Assembly: GCA_023213395.1 (NCBI GenBank)
Contig: CM041465.1
Location: forward strand, 245,899,741-245,963,740
Origin: Cycas panzhihuaensis
Taxonomy: Eukaryota; Plantae; Cycadophyta
Direction of reading: 5' to 3'
Length of the DNA stretch: 64,000 nucleotides
Position 1 is the stretch's first letter. The number at the start of each line of letters is the position of its first letter. Below the pieces are notes generated by a model, which ran no database searches, was not told the DNA's origin, and saw only the letters and a program-made list of their open reading frames with translations. The translations under genes and the position numbers were made by a program. Below, in pieces: positions 46,218 to 58,938 of this stretch.

Positions 46218-49200
46218 ATGTCTTCACAGTTCAAGTAAAATGTGAACTGCATTCTAAGAAGGAAATAAAATTGGGACATATGGTTCACTAGTGTTAGAAA
46301 TGCTATAAAGGTTTATGGAGAGATCACTTGCAACCTATACCATCTATTGTAACTACAACTACCTCAGTTGCTTCTAGAGGAGGTGCTCCAACTGTTCCCA
46401 TTGAAGCTATAGCCAAATGCTAATGAGAACTTGATGATAATAAAATCCATATAGGGATACTTGTTATTACTAATTATTCCTTGTATAATCTCATTGATGA
46501 AGCTATACATGATACAACAAGAAAAGTTCTTGAAGTTCTTAAAAAGAACTTTGACACTAAATTAGACTTAGAATTTATTCACTTAGTGCTAAAGATGAAC
46601 AAATTAAAAATGTAGAAAGGGCACGTAAGTGAGACAATCAATCTCCTTCGTCCAATCAAGTAAGCCATTAATAAAGATTTCAAAACTCAATGTATTACAT
46701 GGGCTTTCTTGATTCAGTCATGTCTCTATATCCCAAATTACAAAAATCTATTGGGAAGTCTTTAATCTAGTGGCACTTTGAAGACCCTAAACTTTGAGGC
46801 TCTTGCTAATAAGTTCATTGAATTTGATGCGACCTTTCATACCAACTTTTCCACTATATCAGATCTAGGTGATGTTACTTTCAAAGTGGAAGAAGATCTT
46901 TTTTATACCAAAAATTAAGGTCAATACTCTCACAGAGGTGGTAATTCTCATGGAAGAGGAAGAGGTAGATAACAAGGACAATGTCCTTTTGGTTAAAAGG
47001 CTTCTCAACTCCAATAAAAATAGTCTCAAAGCCAAGGCTAAAATAATCAACCTAGACCTAGATCCAATAACTAGAGAAAATCCAACCAGCCCAATACTTC
47101 TTATGGGACTGGAAATCAAATAATTATGTGCCAAATGATTGTAGAACTGCCACCAACAAACTACCAAGCTATTAATAGTGCCATGGTACACATAATATTG
47201 ATAATAATTCTTTTGAAGATGATTTTGGTAGAACATAATTTGCTCATGCATATCTTCAAAGAATTGGGACTACTTCATCAAACGTTGTTGATAAATCCAC
47301 TAAGTATATTGAGGCTCATTGTGGCTATGCTTATTCACTTTTGCCTTTACTACTTGGAGTTGCAAATAGTGCCATCTTAAATACTTTATCATAGATTATG
47401 GATACTGGAGCAATATAACATATGACTTGTCATTGCTAATTATTTTAGGATTTTGACTCTGAAGTTCTTGGTGTTGTACACATGGTTGACAAATCATCTC
47501 TACTAGTTAAGCGACTTGGAACTATTTTCCTAAAACTCCAATACCTTCTAGATTTTACCCTTGTTGGTGTTTTACATATTTTTGCTTTGAAGTAAAACTT
47601 ACTCTCCCTATCCACCCTTGTCTCTTATGGATTTGATCTGAGTGTAATGTAAATAATAAAACTCTTTGTGTAATTTACCCTCCTTCAAATGCTATAGTTA
47701 TGACCAGAATTCTTGATGGCAAACTTTTTTTCCTAACTAGCTCACCATGCTTTGAAGCCAACTATGTTGATGGTGACTCTGCTTTTGCCACAACACTTAC
47801 TCATCAAAAGTTATCCCGAGTGGCCCTATGGAATTCTTGTATGGGCCATATCAAAATTGATCATTTAAGAGAACTATATGCCACTCTTCCTGGTATGCCT
47901 AGGCTCTCCTCAAATCCCTTCAAATGCAAATCATGCATCATTACCAAATCTCAAAGATAACCCTTTTTTCATAGTCAGTGTAAATCTAGCCAAACCTTGT
48001 ATCTTGTATACTTAGATATATGCGGTCCTATACCCATCCCTTCTCTCAAATAGAAGTGATACTATATTACTTTTATTGATAATTTTACCAAGAAAGTATG
48101 GGTTGCTTTTCTTACAAAGAAAGATGAAGCTTTTTCTATGTTTCAAGCTTTCAAGGCCCATGTAGAAAATGAATCTGAATTCAAGATTAAAATACTTAGG
48201 ATTGAAAATGGTGGCGAGTACACATCTAATGAGTTTAAATCATACCTATGTCAACATGGAATCAAACATCATACCACTATTGCAGGTATACCCCAACAAA
48301 ATGGAGTTTCCAAGCGCATAAACAGGACCATCATGAACATGGCTCATGTTATGCTGATATATAAGAATGTCCTTATCTATCTTTGGGCTGAGGCTATCTA
48401 GACTATCGTGTATTATATCAACACTGTTAGTCCCTCCAAGCTTAGCCCCTCTCCATATGAAATGTGGTATGGACAAACCCCCTCTATCTCCCACTTCAAA
48501 ATTTTTAGCTCTACTTGCTATGCTCACATTCTGGAGGAACATAGAAACAAGCTCCAAGATAGATCCGTTAAAGGCATCTTTATCAGATACCCTATGGACA
48601 AAAAGGGTTATAAGGTTTTCATATCTTTATAGTGCAAAACCATCATTACTAAAGATGTTATCTTTGAAGAGACTGAAGATCAATTACTCAGACTTGACTC
48701 CAAGATGCCTTCATACCGATTTAGTGATGCTACTAAATTTGATGTCTAGATTCCAAAATTTAGGGGGGGAGATACTCAAAAGTTGCTCAAAATCTTAGAA
48801 TCTGACAATAGAGCCCTTAAGGATACAAGCTATGACTCCCAACCAATGTGTAGACATCTAGTACCATTATTTATGAATAGCCAAGTTGACAAAGGTAAAG
48901 CCATAGTAAAAGGATCATCTTCTCTAACATCTTTGGCTAGCCCATCTTCTCTAGCATCCTCAACTTCCTCCATGCCAAACATTTCACATGATTCTTTTTA
49001 GGATCAAAATGAAGACCAAGAGATAGTGGAAATGAAAACCTCATTCCCAACTTGAGGTTTTTGTGAAGCCTACCTACTACACAAGTACATGTGACTAGAT
49101 GAGGTAGGCAAAATTGGCACTAGAAGTTCCTATAGAGTAAGGATGCATGAATAACTTTCTGTTGAGATTGAACCAACAGAACTGCACCTTTCTCTTAATG

Positions 49201-50750
49201 AAGAGCCTCTAACATACCAAGAAGTTGTAAAACATGTGACTCAAAGAAATGCCATCAATGAAGAGTACTAACCTCTTATCAAGAATGATACATGAGAGTT
49301 TGTTGATCTACCACTTGGAAGAAAGGTAGTTCAAAATAAATGGGTGTTGAAAAACAAGTATAGATTAGATGGCACCCTAGAAAAACACAAGGAGAGGTTA
49401 GTAGCAAAAGGATTCATGAAAAGGAAAGGTATCAACTACACTGAGATATTTGATCACTCCTATAACCAAGTGGCCTACAATAAAAACTCTTATAGCCTTA
49501 GCTGCTCAACAAGATTAGAAAATCCACTAACTTGATGTTAAGACTATATTTCTTAATGGGTATCTTAAAGAAGAAATTTATATGGCTTAGCCAGAAGGAT
49601 ATAAGATTATCAATTAGGAGCATAAGGTTTATAGGCTTAAAAAGTCCTTATACAGCCTAAAGTAAGCCCCTCATGCTCGGTCTACCAAGTTGTTTGAAAG
49701 AATGAGGTAACTTGGATATAAGGTTTGTGACTATCAAGATATGTATGCAACATTATTCATCAAGCGCCAAAATAATAAAGTCACTTACCTCTTAATCTTT
49801 GTGGATGATATGTTAATAATGGGAAATAATGAATAGGTAATCAACTAGCTAAAGAAGGACCTTGCTAAAACTTTTGAAATGTTTGACCTCATGTTGATGA
49901 AATATTACTTGGGAATTGAAGTAACTCAAAAGAATGACAAAATCTTTCTCTCCCAAGAAAAATATATTAATGATCTTCTGATAAAGTTTCAGTTGGAAGG
50001 TAATCGACCATTCGATACACTTATGGAACCTAATATTAAACTCTCAACTGATGGTGATACTAGGGAGGTAGATGCAATACTCTATGGGTAACTTGTAGGT
50101 AATCTCATCTATACTACCAACATAAGGCTGGATATTGCATACTCTATCGATATTCTTGCAAGATCCATGACAAATCCTACGCAAAATCACTTGCAAGCTA
50201 CAATACGAGTGTTGAGGTACCTAAAGATGACCAATAAATATGGTCTATTATATGAACACAATGAAGAATTTAAACTTTATGCATACATAGACTTAGACTT
50301 TGATAGAGATGAAGACACAAGAATATCTACGTTTAGGAATATAACATTTCTTGGAACATCAACAATATCATGGAGATCTAGATTATAGAAGATAATTATG
50401 GACGCAACTACCAAAGTTGAATATATTATTGCTTCTAAGACAAGCAAGGAGGTGATATGACTTAGAAAATTATTGAATATATTAAATACCACCCAAATAA
50501 GTTCTACTAGCTTATGTGTAGATAATTAATCTACAATCCAAATGGCTAAAAATCTTGTATTTTATGATCGTACCAAATATATAAGTATGAAAGTCCACAG
50601 GATTAGAGAATTAGTTCATAATGGCACAATTCAACTTGAGTACTACCCCATAGTAGATCAAGTGGCTGATATCTTCACCAAACCACTAAAGAGGATGAAG
50701 TTTGAATAGTTCTGAAAGTAACTCAGCCTTAGGGCCTTTATCTCTTATTG
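46218..50750 (+). pseudogene. Copia gag-pol of H
   Basis: Protease DTGA ~47402; KIKILRIENGGEYTS..PQQNGVSKRINRT (INT); YRLDGTLEKHKERLVAKGF and KYYLGIEVTQ (RT); DQVADIFTKPL (RH ~50660). Confidence 0.92.
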
Positions 50751-51594
50751 ATTGAAGGAGATGAAAATAGGACCATCATACTCCATCTCATTTGTGAAGA
50801 CTCCTTATGGGTGCAGAAGGACAAGAGTAAGTCTTTGCTCTATTCCATTTATGAAATCCCCTTATGGATACGAAAGGATAAGGGTTTTGTCATTTGAAAC
50901 TTAGAACCAATAAAAACTTGAAAGGGTATGGGGGATGACCAAATGGTATATGGAGACTCAGTAGATTTTACCTATAAAATTCATTATACTGATTGGCTAT
51001 CTAACTTCATTTAAAGAGTTGCCTGAGCCAGGTTAGTAGATTAGAAAATCTATGGGTTTTCTTACCCATGAGGGTTGTCACAAAAGTGTCATAGTAGTTT
51101 GCTTTGTAAGAGACTCAGACAAAGACCTTATAGGATAAAATAAAATAGGATGAAATGACCTTCTACTATTAAGGGGGAGACTGAAAAGGGTTAATGTCAC
51201 ATGGTCATTACATTAGTTGATTATTTCTAAAAAGGGTCTTAAGTGAACTTTAAATTAGATTACTTAAGTGAAATACACTTTCATGTGCATTATGTGTAAT
51301 TTTATTTCACCTAACTATAATGCTCCCTCTCTCAATATAAAAGTAAAAGCTCAATAGAGGAGGCTCATTCTTACCTCCCCATTTTTTGAGAGCTACTTTC
51401 TTTCTCTCAAGTCTTTCTTGCTCCCATATTATCCTTTGTGTTTAGTGCATAGAGATGAATGATAGATCCACTCTTTTCACCTTTGATAGGTGGACACACT
51501 TATAATCTTACAACCTAATCGCAGTTAAAACTAGGCTAGGGCCAAAGCTCTAATAGACTCACTATAAAACTAAAACCATAGCTTTGATACTAAT

Positions 51595-51978
51595 TAAAAG
51601 AAACATAGGTAAGAAGAACATACTCTACTGCCACTTATAAGAAAGTAAATGCCTATACATAGGTCTAGGATCTAGAAAGAGTATGAAATAAAAGACATAT
51701 AAGTGAACAATAAATAAAAGAATATATACAAATACATAACATAAGCTCTTGTGAAAAATGATTACTTCCAATTATATTATGCTGAACATGTATATATATA
51801 TATATATATAGTACATATCACTACCTAGTTGTCTAATCACTTTCTAGGAGCCACTTAGTTAACTAATAACTAATTACAATAAAGAAGTGTGTATATTATG
51901 ACCCTTAGTATACATTAAAGAGATAACCATATTGATTTATATCAATTTAATATTCATATGGGTTAACATTACCTAATA
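51595..51978 (-). repeat. Element F 5' LTR
   Basis: Homologous to 35518-35546 + 41855-42226. Confidence 0.88.
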
Positions 51979-52419
51979 CTTACATATAGATTGATGTAAC
52001 ATATAGGAAAGACTTGTACCACTACACTCATATGTATAATGTATATTTTTTCATGTAACTTAATATTTTATTAAATGATTATAAAATACAATATTCAAGG
52101 AATATTTTACCTTATGGTTATGCTTAATTACTTTACTCTCACATTGAAATAAAGGGGAGAATACCATTTATAATATTTTGACTTAGAGTGTACATCTATT
52201 ACATATGATTCTTGACTTTTCATAGAAAAAGTCAACTTACAACTAATTAATTATGCCTTTTTTATATGTTTGTATGGTTGTATGAATATGTTATATACCT
52301 AGATATAACATAATGCTAAGAATATATTGTGACCTGTTTTGTCTCTAAGCCTAACGTCTATGTATTAGTTTAGAAGGGGTTAATACTACATTATGCTATT
52401 TTTGGTTACTTTAGGATAA

Positions 52420-52706
52420 TGAAGGATTATGTAATAATATAATTAGGGTTCCTTTCTCCCTTGAATATAAATTAAGGAAAAATCCTAACTGATGCATTAT
52501 TCATCATTTGTGAAAGTAATCTAATATAAAAAATTATCATTATATAATCTCTTGTGCATTTTCTATTTGATTTTTAGATGTAGATCCAACTAGGGTGTAT
52601 AGGTACCCTCTATTATTGTATTCCTAAGTTTTCCTTTTGCTTATGTTTACAAGTTGCTTCATATCCTCCTAATCTCCTCTAGGAATGTTGCAAGTGGCAT
52701 TAGAGC
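52420..52706 (+). mobile_element. Fragment K: probable LTR 3' end plus tRNA-iMet PBS
   Basis: gttgca-ag-tggcattagagc at 52687-52706. Left boundary uncertain; no partner LTR in the window. Confidence 0.45.
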
Positions 52707-52820
52707 TTTAGTTAATCTCTAAATTTGTTAAAATCAATAAAAGAGAAAAATAAAATAAAAAATCAATAACATGCTAATGAGATGAATGAATCAATTTAAG
52801 TTTATAAGAAAGAAGAAACT

Positions 52821-53260
52821 TATTAGAAATGTAACCATAGTATATGACAACCAGGAATGACTGAATATTATTAGAATATTATCATTATAGACTTTAATAT
52901 CAATCTCTTTACATCTCATCTTGTAGGTGTATTTATAGTCATATTATAGGTATATGTAGGATTATTTTCCTCACCTAGAACTAATAATATTTGGATTTTA
53001 TGTTGACTAATTATATATGAACTTCAATTTAGTCAATTATATTAAATATGCATTATATTCTAATACTCTCATATAATGCATATTTGGTTGTATACTAAGA
53101 TTTTGTTTGAGCTAAAATTATTTGGTCTTTGATAATGCTTTAGTAAGAATGTCTATAACTTGGTCATCTATCTTGTAATACTGAAGTTAGACTTGTTGAT
53201 TATGAGTGCATTTTTTGATGTAGTAGTGTTTGATGTCATTATATTTTATTTTGTTGTGTA
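52821..53260 (-). mobile_element. Element I: 3' end of a Copia (RNase H C-terminus 53090-53260, probable 3' LTR 52821-53065); interrupted by G
   Basis: Minus strand TKYNDIKHYYIKK..LQYYKIDDQVIDILTKAL. tattagaa...ttctaata inverted termini. Confidence 0.7.
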
Positions 53261-54805
53261 TGTTAGTGACCATGGTTAAGATTAACATGTGGCAAACTTA
53301 ATGCTTCATGTGGTGATAAGTGACGGAAACTAGGAACAAGATATGAAGAGTCATGAGTATCAAGATTTGAAGGGACATGAAGGATAGAGATATAAAGGGG
53401 CAAAAGTACCAAAGTTCGATGGGGCATAACCTTTTGAAAGAGTTTCAAACTTTTTGGAAGAGTCATAACTCTTCATATTTGTATGCTTTAGATCATTTAT
53501 AATGGATCCAAGATAGGGTAGAATAGAAGTAAGAAGGAAACAATGTAATTATTGGTGCATCTAATCAGTCATTAATTATTACTTTGTGTGTGGGTTTTTC
53601 TCCTGAAAGTGTTTCTGATGTTAAAACTTATATACTCTATGTTCATTCTTCTATTTGATTTCCATGTATGTTATGAAAAACTAAAAAAATATCTATTAGG
53701 AATTCTACATGGCATTAGGGCAAACTTGAGTATATCTAAATCTTATATGGTATTAGAGCCATTCAGAAATATATAATGTTATGAAGTTGTTTAGGACAAG
53801 GTTATTGACAGGGTTGGTGACATAATCATAGTTAATAAAATTGACCTTGATCATTTCAACACTTTATGGAAGCATCATTTAGATGTGAGAGCTCATGTTT
53901 GAGTTGTATATAAATTAGTTTAACTGATATCTAATCTCTAGAGAAGTTTTGAATTGTTTTATTAGAAAAAGGCTAAAAATTAATGATTTTTTACCATTTG
54001 GAGAGGTTTTTTACTTGTTTGGAGTTGGTGGGAGCTCATTGATCAAAACCAGAGGCTACTTGTTATCTGTTGTGGAGCTACAATGATTCTAGAAGAGATT
54101 TAGACCTTAATCTATCTTCGAAGAGGATGTTGGGCACTATAGAAAGGGTTGGAGGCTATTTTTAACCAAATCAATGAGTTTTCTCTTTATTTTATGCCAT
54201 TTGCATCAAAATTTTGGCTCTATTTTTCACTATAGAGGTTGCTAGATACTATCTAGGGATATTAGTAAGTTAAAGACTGAGTTGTTTGGTGAATCTAAGC
54301 CTTTATTTAGGTTGATAGAGTCACATGACCATGTTAGAGTGGTGACAATATTATACATAATGTTACAACTTAAAAAAAATCAAATTAATTTGATAATTAA
54401 TAATTTATTGAGTTACCGAATATTTTAAGACATTAAAGAGATGATTTTTTATCAATTAAAAGTAATGTTAATGTGACTTAATTTAAAACGAAAGTCATAA
54501 AGGCATTTTGAAGGGAAATGACTATTGAGAGTCTACAATGCTCCAATGGATACAAATATACAACTATTTGATCATTTTTGAAGACAAAAATATGGTGCAT
54601 AATAATTCTATACTCATTATGATAATTTATAAGCCTTTTTATAGCCATATGTTGGAGAAGTGAGTATTATTGTAGTGTTGTGAAGCATGTTGGGTGTGCA
54701 TAGAGATTTGTGGGAGCTATAGGAAAGTTGGTGAAATGTTTTGATTAGGGTTATCAACTATAGAAGAGTAGAATGTAGAGTTTCATAGTCATTTAGTGCC
54801 AAAAT

Positions 54806-54841
<36 letters not shown>

Positions 54842-55198
54842 TTTTGGATATATTTTTGAGCTATCGAAGGGTGTACAACTCGTTATTTTCTAATTGGATA
54901 ATGTCTATTACTTGAATGTGGAAATAAACCTATTGGAAATCACATAGAAGTATTTTTTTGATGAAGTGAGCCACTATAGAGGTTGTTTTATTAATTTTAA
55001 GCTTATTTTGGGCCAATTTATTGCTTATTGAGATTATTTCAGTCTGTAATAGGTTATGAAAAGAGGTCAGAAAAGTAGGTTTATTTGTGGGAGACACATT
55101 TGGCAAGTGTATGAGCCATGCTTATTAGGATTGAAGTGTTATTTTTAGTAATTTAATCTATAGGGGTGTTCATCAAAGTTGCATCTTTAATATTTAAA

Positions 55199-57847
55199 AT
55201 GGAGAAGTTATCACAAATAATCTTTAACAAGAATAACTTTAGCGAATAAAAGACTACCATGTAGTTACATCTAATGTCAAATCAATTATGGATAATCACC
55301 AAGGATCTAATTGCTACCATCCCCTCAATGAAGAGAAAAGGAATCAATTAGAGGAGAAGAAATTCATGGAAATTAGTTTGTTAAGTCTGTCTTTTATCTG
55401 AGATCAAAGGGCATTGGTTCATGATCTCAAATTACCAAATGAAATTTGGTTGAAGATGCTTAAGACCTATGAATTAAAGAAATTGAATTAATGTCTTACT
55501 TTATTGATGGAGTTATTGACTATTGTCAATGAAGATGAGAATAATATTAGTGCTTACCTTAACAAAGTGATAGATTTGAGAAATAAATTGGAAGTAATTA
55601 AATCAAGATCCATTGATAGGGAGTAATTTTTTGCTCTTGTTATTTAGAAATTACTAGGTCCCTTTACTACATTTTAAACCCTCTATACAAATGATACTTT
55701 TGTATAGCAGATGAAGTTTGAGGAGTTGAAGAACCTAATTTTGGATGAGGATGCCAAGTTGAAGCATCATGGTTTACTTTAAAATTATGAATCGAACCAT
55801 GCCTTCATGATGAAAATATAAAGGTTGAGAGGTAATCGATAAGATAAAGGTTAACAGAAGGTTAATTCTTGAAAAAAATAGGAGCTAAAAAAGAAGAAGA
55901 AGAGGTTCACTGAAACTTATAATTATGCAAGAAGGTAGGCCATAAAGAAGTAAACATAAATTGTTATCATTAAAAGCAGGAAACACATAAGAAAAAGGGA
56001 AAGGATATTGAAGTCCATTGTGTAAAGGTCAAATCCTCATTATCAAAGGATAGGTGGATTCTTGATTTGAGAGCATAATGGCATATAACTTTCTCGAAGG
56101 AGATGTTTACAACATGTTGTAATGACCCCTATGATTCTCAAATTATTCTCAGTGATACCCATTCTATATCAGTTAAGGGTGTTAGAACTATAAATCTTAT
56201 AGGGAGGATTTTCATTAAGGTGTATAATACACCAAAGATGACTAAAAGTCTCTTGTCAGCTAAGGAGATCTATAAAATAGATTTAAAGATTGAGCTTTAC
56301 AAGCATAAATACCTAATTAAGGATCAAAAGAAGTACTTTTCTATTATTATGACTAAAAAAGTGGATAATGATTTTTGGGTGTTTGAGAAATTTTAGAATC
56401 CAAACCATTCATATGCTATTATAGCTAGTGTAGTGTAGATGAAAGTAGTAGTTTGTGGCATGAAAGAATAGGGAATTTTAATTATGGTAGTATAGCCTTG
56501 ATAAACAAGTTGAAGATGGTGGAAGGGTTGCCACAGATCTCATGTTCAGATGGCATTTTCAAAGGTTACGTGTATGGAAAGCATCACAGATATCCTTTCA
56601 ATTGGGATAAAGCCTAGAGAGTTAAGGAGAAAATGCATCTTATACACTTAGATATGATGGGTCCACTCCCCATATTTCATTAGGAGGAGCTCGATATAGC
56701 TTGATGTTTATAGATGATTACACTAGGAAAACCTAGGTGTATTTTCAAAGTAAGAAGTCAGAAGTATTTGATCAATTTTAGGAATAGAAAGCTAAAGTCA
56801 AATATCAAAGTGATAAAAGAATAAAAATTTTGAGGAGTGATAATAGAAAGGAATATGTCAATTATGCCTCTAACAAGTTTAGCCTTAATCATAGTATCAG
56901 ATAGGAACTAATAGTCTCATATACCCCACAATAAAATAGTGTCATAGAGTGGAAGAATTATACTTTGATGGAGATGGTTTATTGTATGGTGCATGTATAA
57001 AATTTGCCACAAAAATTTTGGGTAGAAGTTATTAGGACTACTATTCATGTGTTGAACTAGGTACCTACCAAAGCAGTCAATGGCATGATATTAAAAAGAA
57101 AAATGGATCAATTAGAAGCCTTTCATTGATTATTTTAAAGTCCTTGGGTGCATTTCATATGTACACATTCATGACAATAAATAAAAGAAGATGGATAACG
57201 AGAGTTGGAAGTATGTATTTGTGGGGTATTTGAATCAAAACAAGGCCTATCGACTATGGGATCTAGAATTAGAGAAATTTTAAGGTTTATCAAGATGTTC
57301 AGTTTGATGAGTTGATAATGTATCATATCACAAGTGTTGAATCTAAGAAAGTTCCAGGTATGTTATTATTGTTGAATCATTCTTGGTTAAATAATAAGGA
57401 TTCAAGTGAAGACAATTAAATCAATAGAGATATCATAGGGCAATAGTCACATTAGGAGGTAGTAATGATGCCAGGACCCTTGAGACCCTTATGGGCAAAG
57501 AAGATAATTGAAGCATCCGATGTGACTATAGATCCATTAGATACATAAATAATAAGAAGTTAGTATGCTAATCATATTCTTATGGTAAATACCATATTCT
57601 CTCATGAGTCAGATTCTTTTCTTGAATTAGAGAAGAATCCTCAATGGTGAGTTATAATAGAGGAGGAGTATATTTTAAAGAATAACACTTGGGATTTAGT
57701 TCTATTACCTTCATGGAAAAACTTTATTAGATGTAAGTGGGTCTATAAAATAAATATTAAAGCTAATAATAAAGTGGAAAAGTTTAAGGCCAGACTTATC
57801 ACCTAAGGTTTGAAATAGAAAGAAGGGATAGATTATGATGAGACTTT
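55199..57847 (+). pseudogene. Copia gag-PR-INT-RT(start) of G
   Basis: Colinear with E 37475-40110; many stops. Confidence 0.88.
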
Positions 57848-58399
57848 TAAAGGAAAATATAATGATGGAGATAGAGTAAAGCATAATCACATAGTAAAAA
57901 ACATTGTTGTATAAACATATAAACCTTTTTATTCAACCCATGATAAGTGAGTACACAGCAAATCTCTAAATGTAGGCAATGTCTAAAAACACTAGGGTTG
58001 CACACCCCTTCCAATGTATAATTTGGAGGAGGAGGGAAATTCCTCAACCCCTAGAATTCAAACAATAATAAAATATTACATAACTTAACTCAAATTAACT
58101 TTAACCTTACCTTACACTTACCTTCACATATGAGAATCCACATGTGTAAATTGGTGGGAGTGGGGTGTGCACTCCTATGTGAAAAGTGGAAGTGGGGTGA
58201 TGATCATTAACCCCTAACATTCTTCTCCTTAATGGTCATCATAAATAACTTTGTCTTCTCTTTAAACTTGTGAAATTTGAACTTGAAGAAAACTTTAAAA
58301 TTTTATTTTTTAGCTTGATCACTACTAACTCACCTCATCCTTTTAGCAATATATGTCTCTTTACCATTGAGTGATTCCAAAAATCTCCAAGTAAATGTA

Positions 58400-58938
58400 G
58401 CTTGATTCAAATGTGGATGTGTGGCTGCAACTTTAACTTTATCTCCTGGAACTTTAACTTTGTCTCCTGAAATTTTTGTGTTATGAGTGACTGTTATATC
58501 ATAAGATTTCTCCCCTTTAAATGGAGGATCGACTTCTTATGCAATAAGATGATCGTGCATTTGACTTGGAATTTCCTTGGTCTTTTTATCATAATCCACC
58601 TGCTATGGCACCGGTCTCATATGCTTAATAACATCAATGTTAAATTTATTTACTTTGAAGGTTTCTCCCCCATAAATAGAAATTGAGGTGTCCCATATAG
58701 ATTTGGAAGTTGTCATTTCACACACTTTAGAGAAAACATTATCATCTATAGTACAAAATAGTAAAGCTAAGACTTCATTATCTTTTTTAATATTTTCTTT
58801 AATACTAAGATCATATTCATTTTGTAGGTAACTCCAAAGATTATTTATAATAAAATATTTTTGCATTGTTTTATGCCATTGTAAAAATTTATGGCCATCA
58901 AATATAGAAAATTATATTTTATTTAGATTGATTGCCAT
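58400..58938 (-). pseudogene. Truncated Copia gag of J
   Basis: FDGHKFLQWHKTMQKYFIINNLWSYL..KKDNEVLALLFCTIDDNVFSKVCEMTTSKSIWD (Copia gag N-terminus). Confidence 0.82.

Larger units (their letters stand above)
43821..51479 (+). mobile_element. Element H: full-length degenerate Ty1/Copia, distinct family
   Basis: 298-bp LTRs at 43821-44118 and 51182-51479 (tgaaaag...cttttca). PBS tagtattagagc at 44121-44132. PPT aagggggaga at 51171-51180. Degenerate TSD cactt/ccttt. Confidence 0.93.
35518..51978 (-). mobile_element. Element F: non-autonomous LTR element (~1.7 kb own internal sequence); host of E and H
   Basis: 3' LTR at 35518-35546 + 41855-42226 matches the 5' LTR at 51595-51978. PPT ttcttctcttaa at 42227. 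PBS gctttgatacta at 51581-51592. Degenerate TSD attat/cttac. Confidence 0.85.

Noticed and set aside
46865-47380. Overlapping ORFs 46865-47251 (-), 46869-47123 (+) and 47126-47380 (+)
   Set aside because: Off-frame or antisense readings of the decayed gag C-terminus of H.
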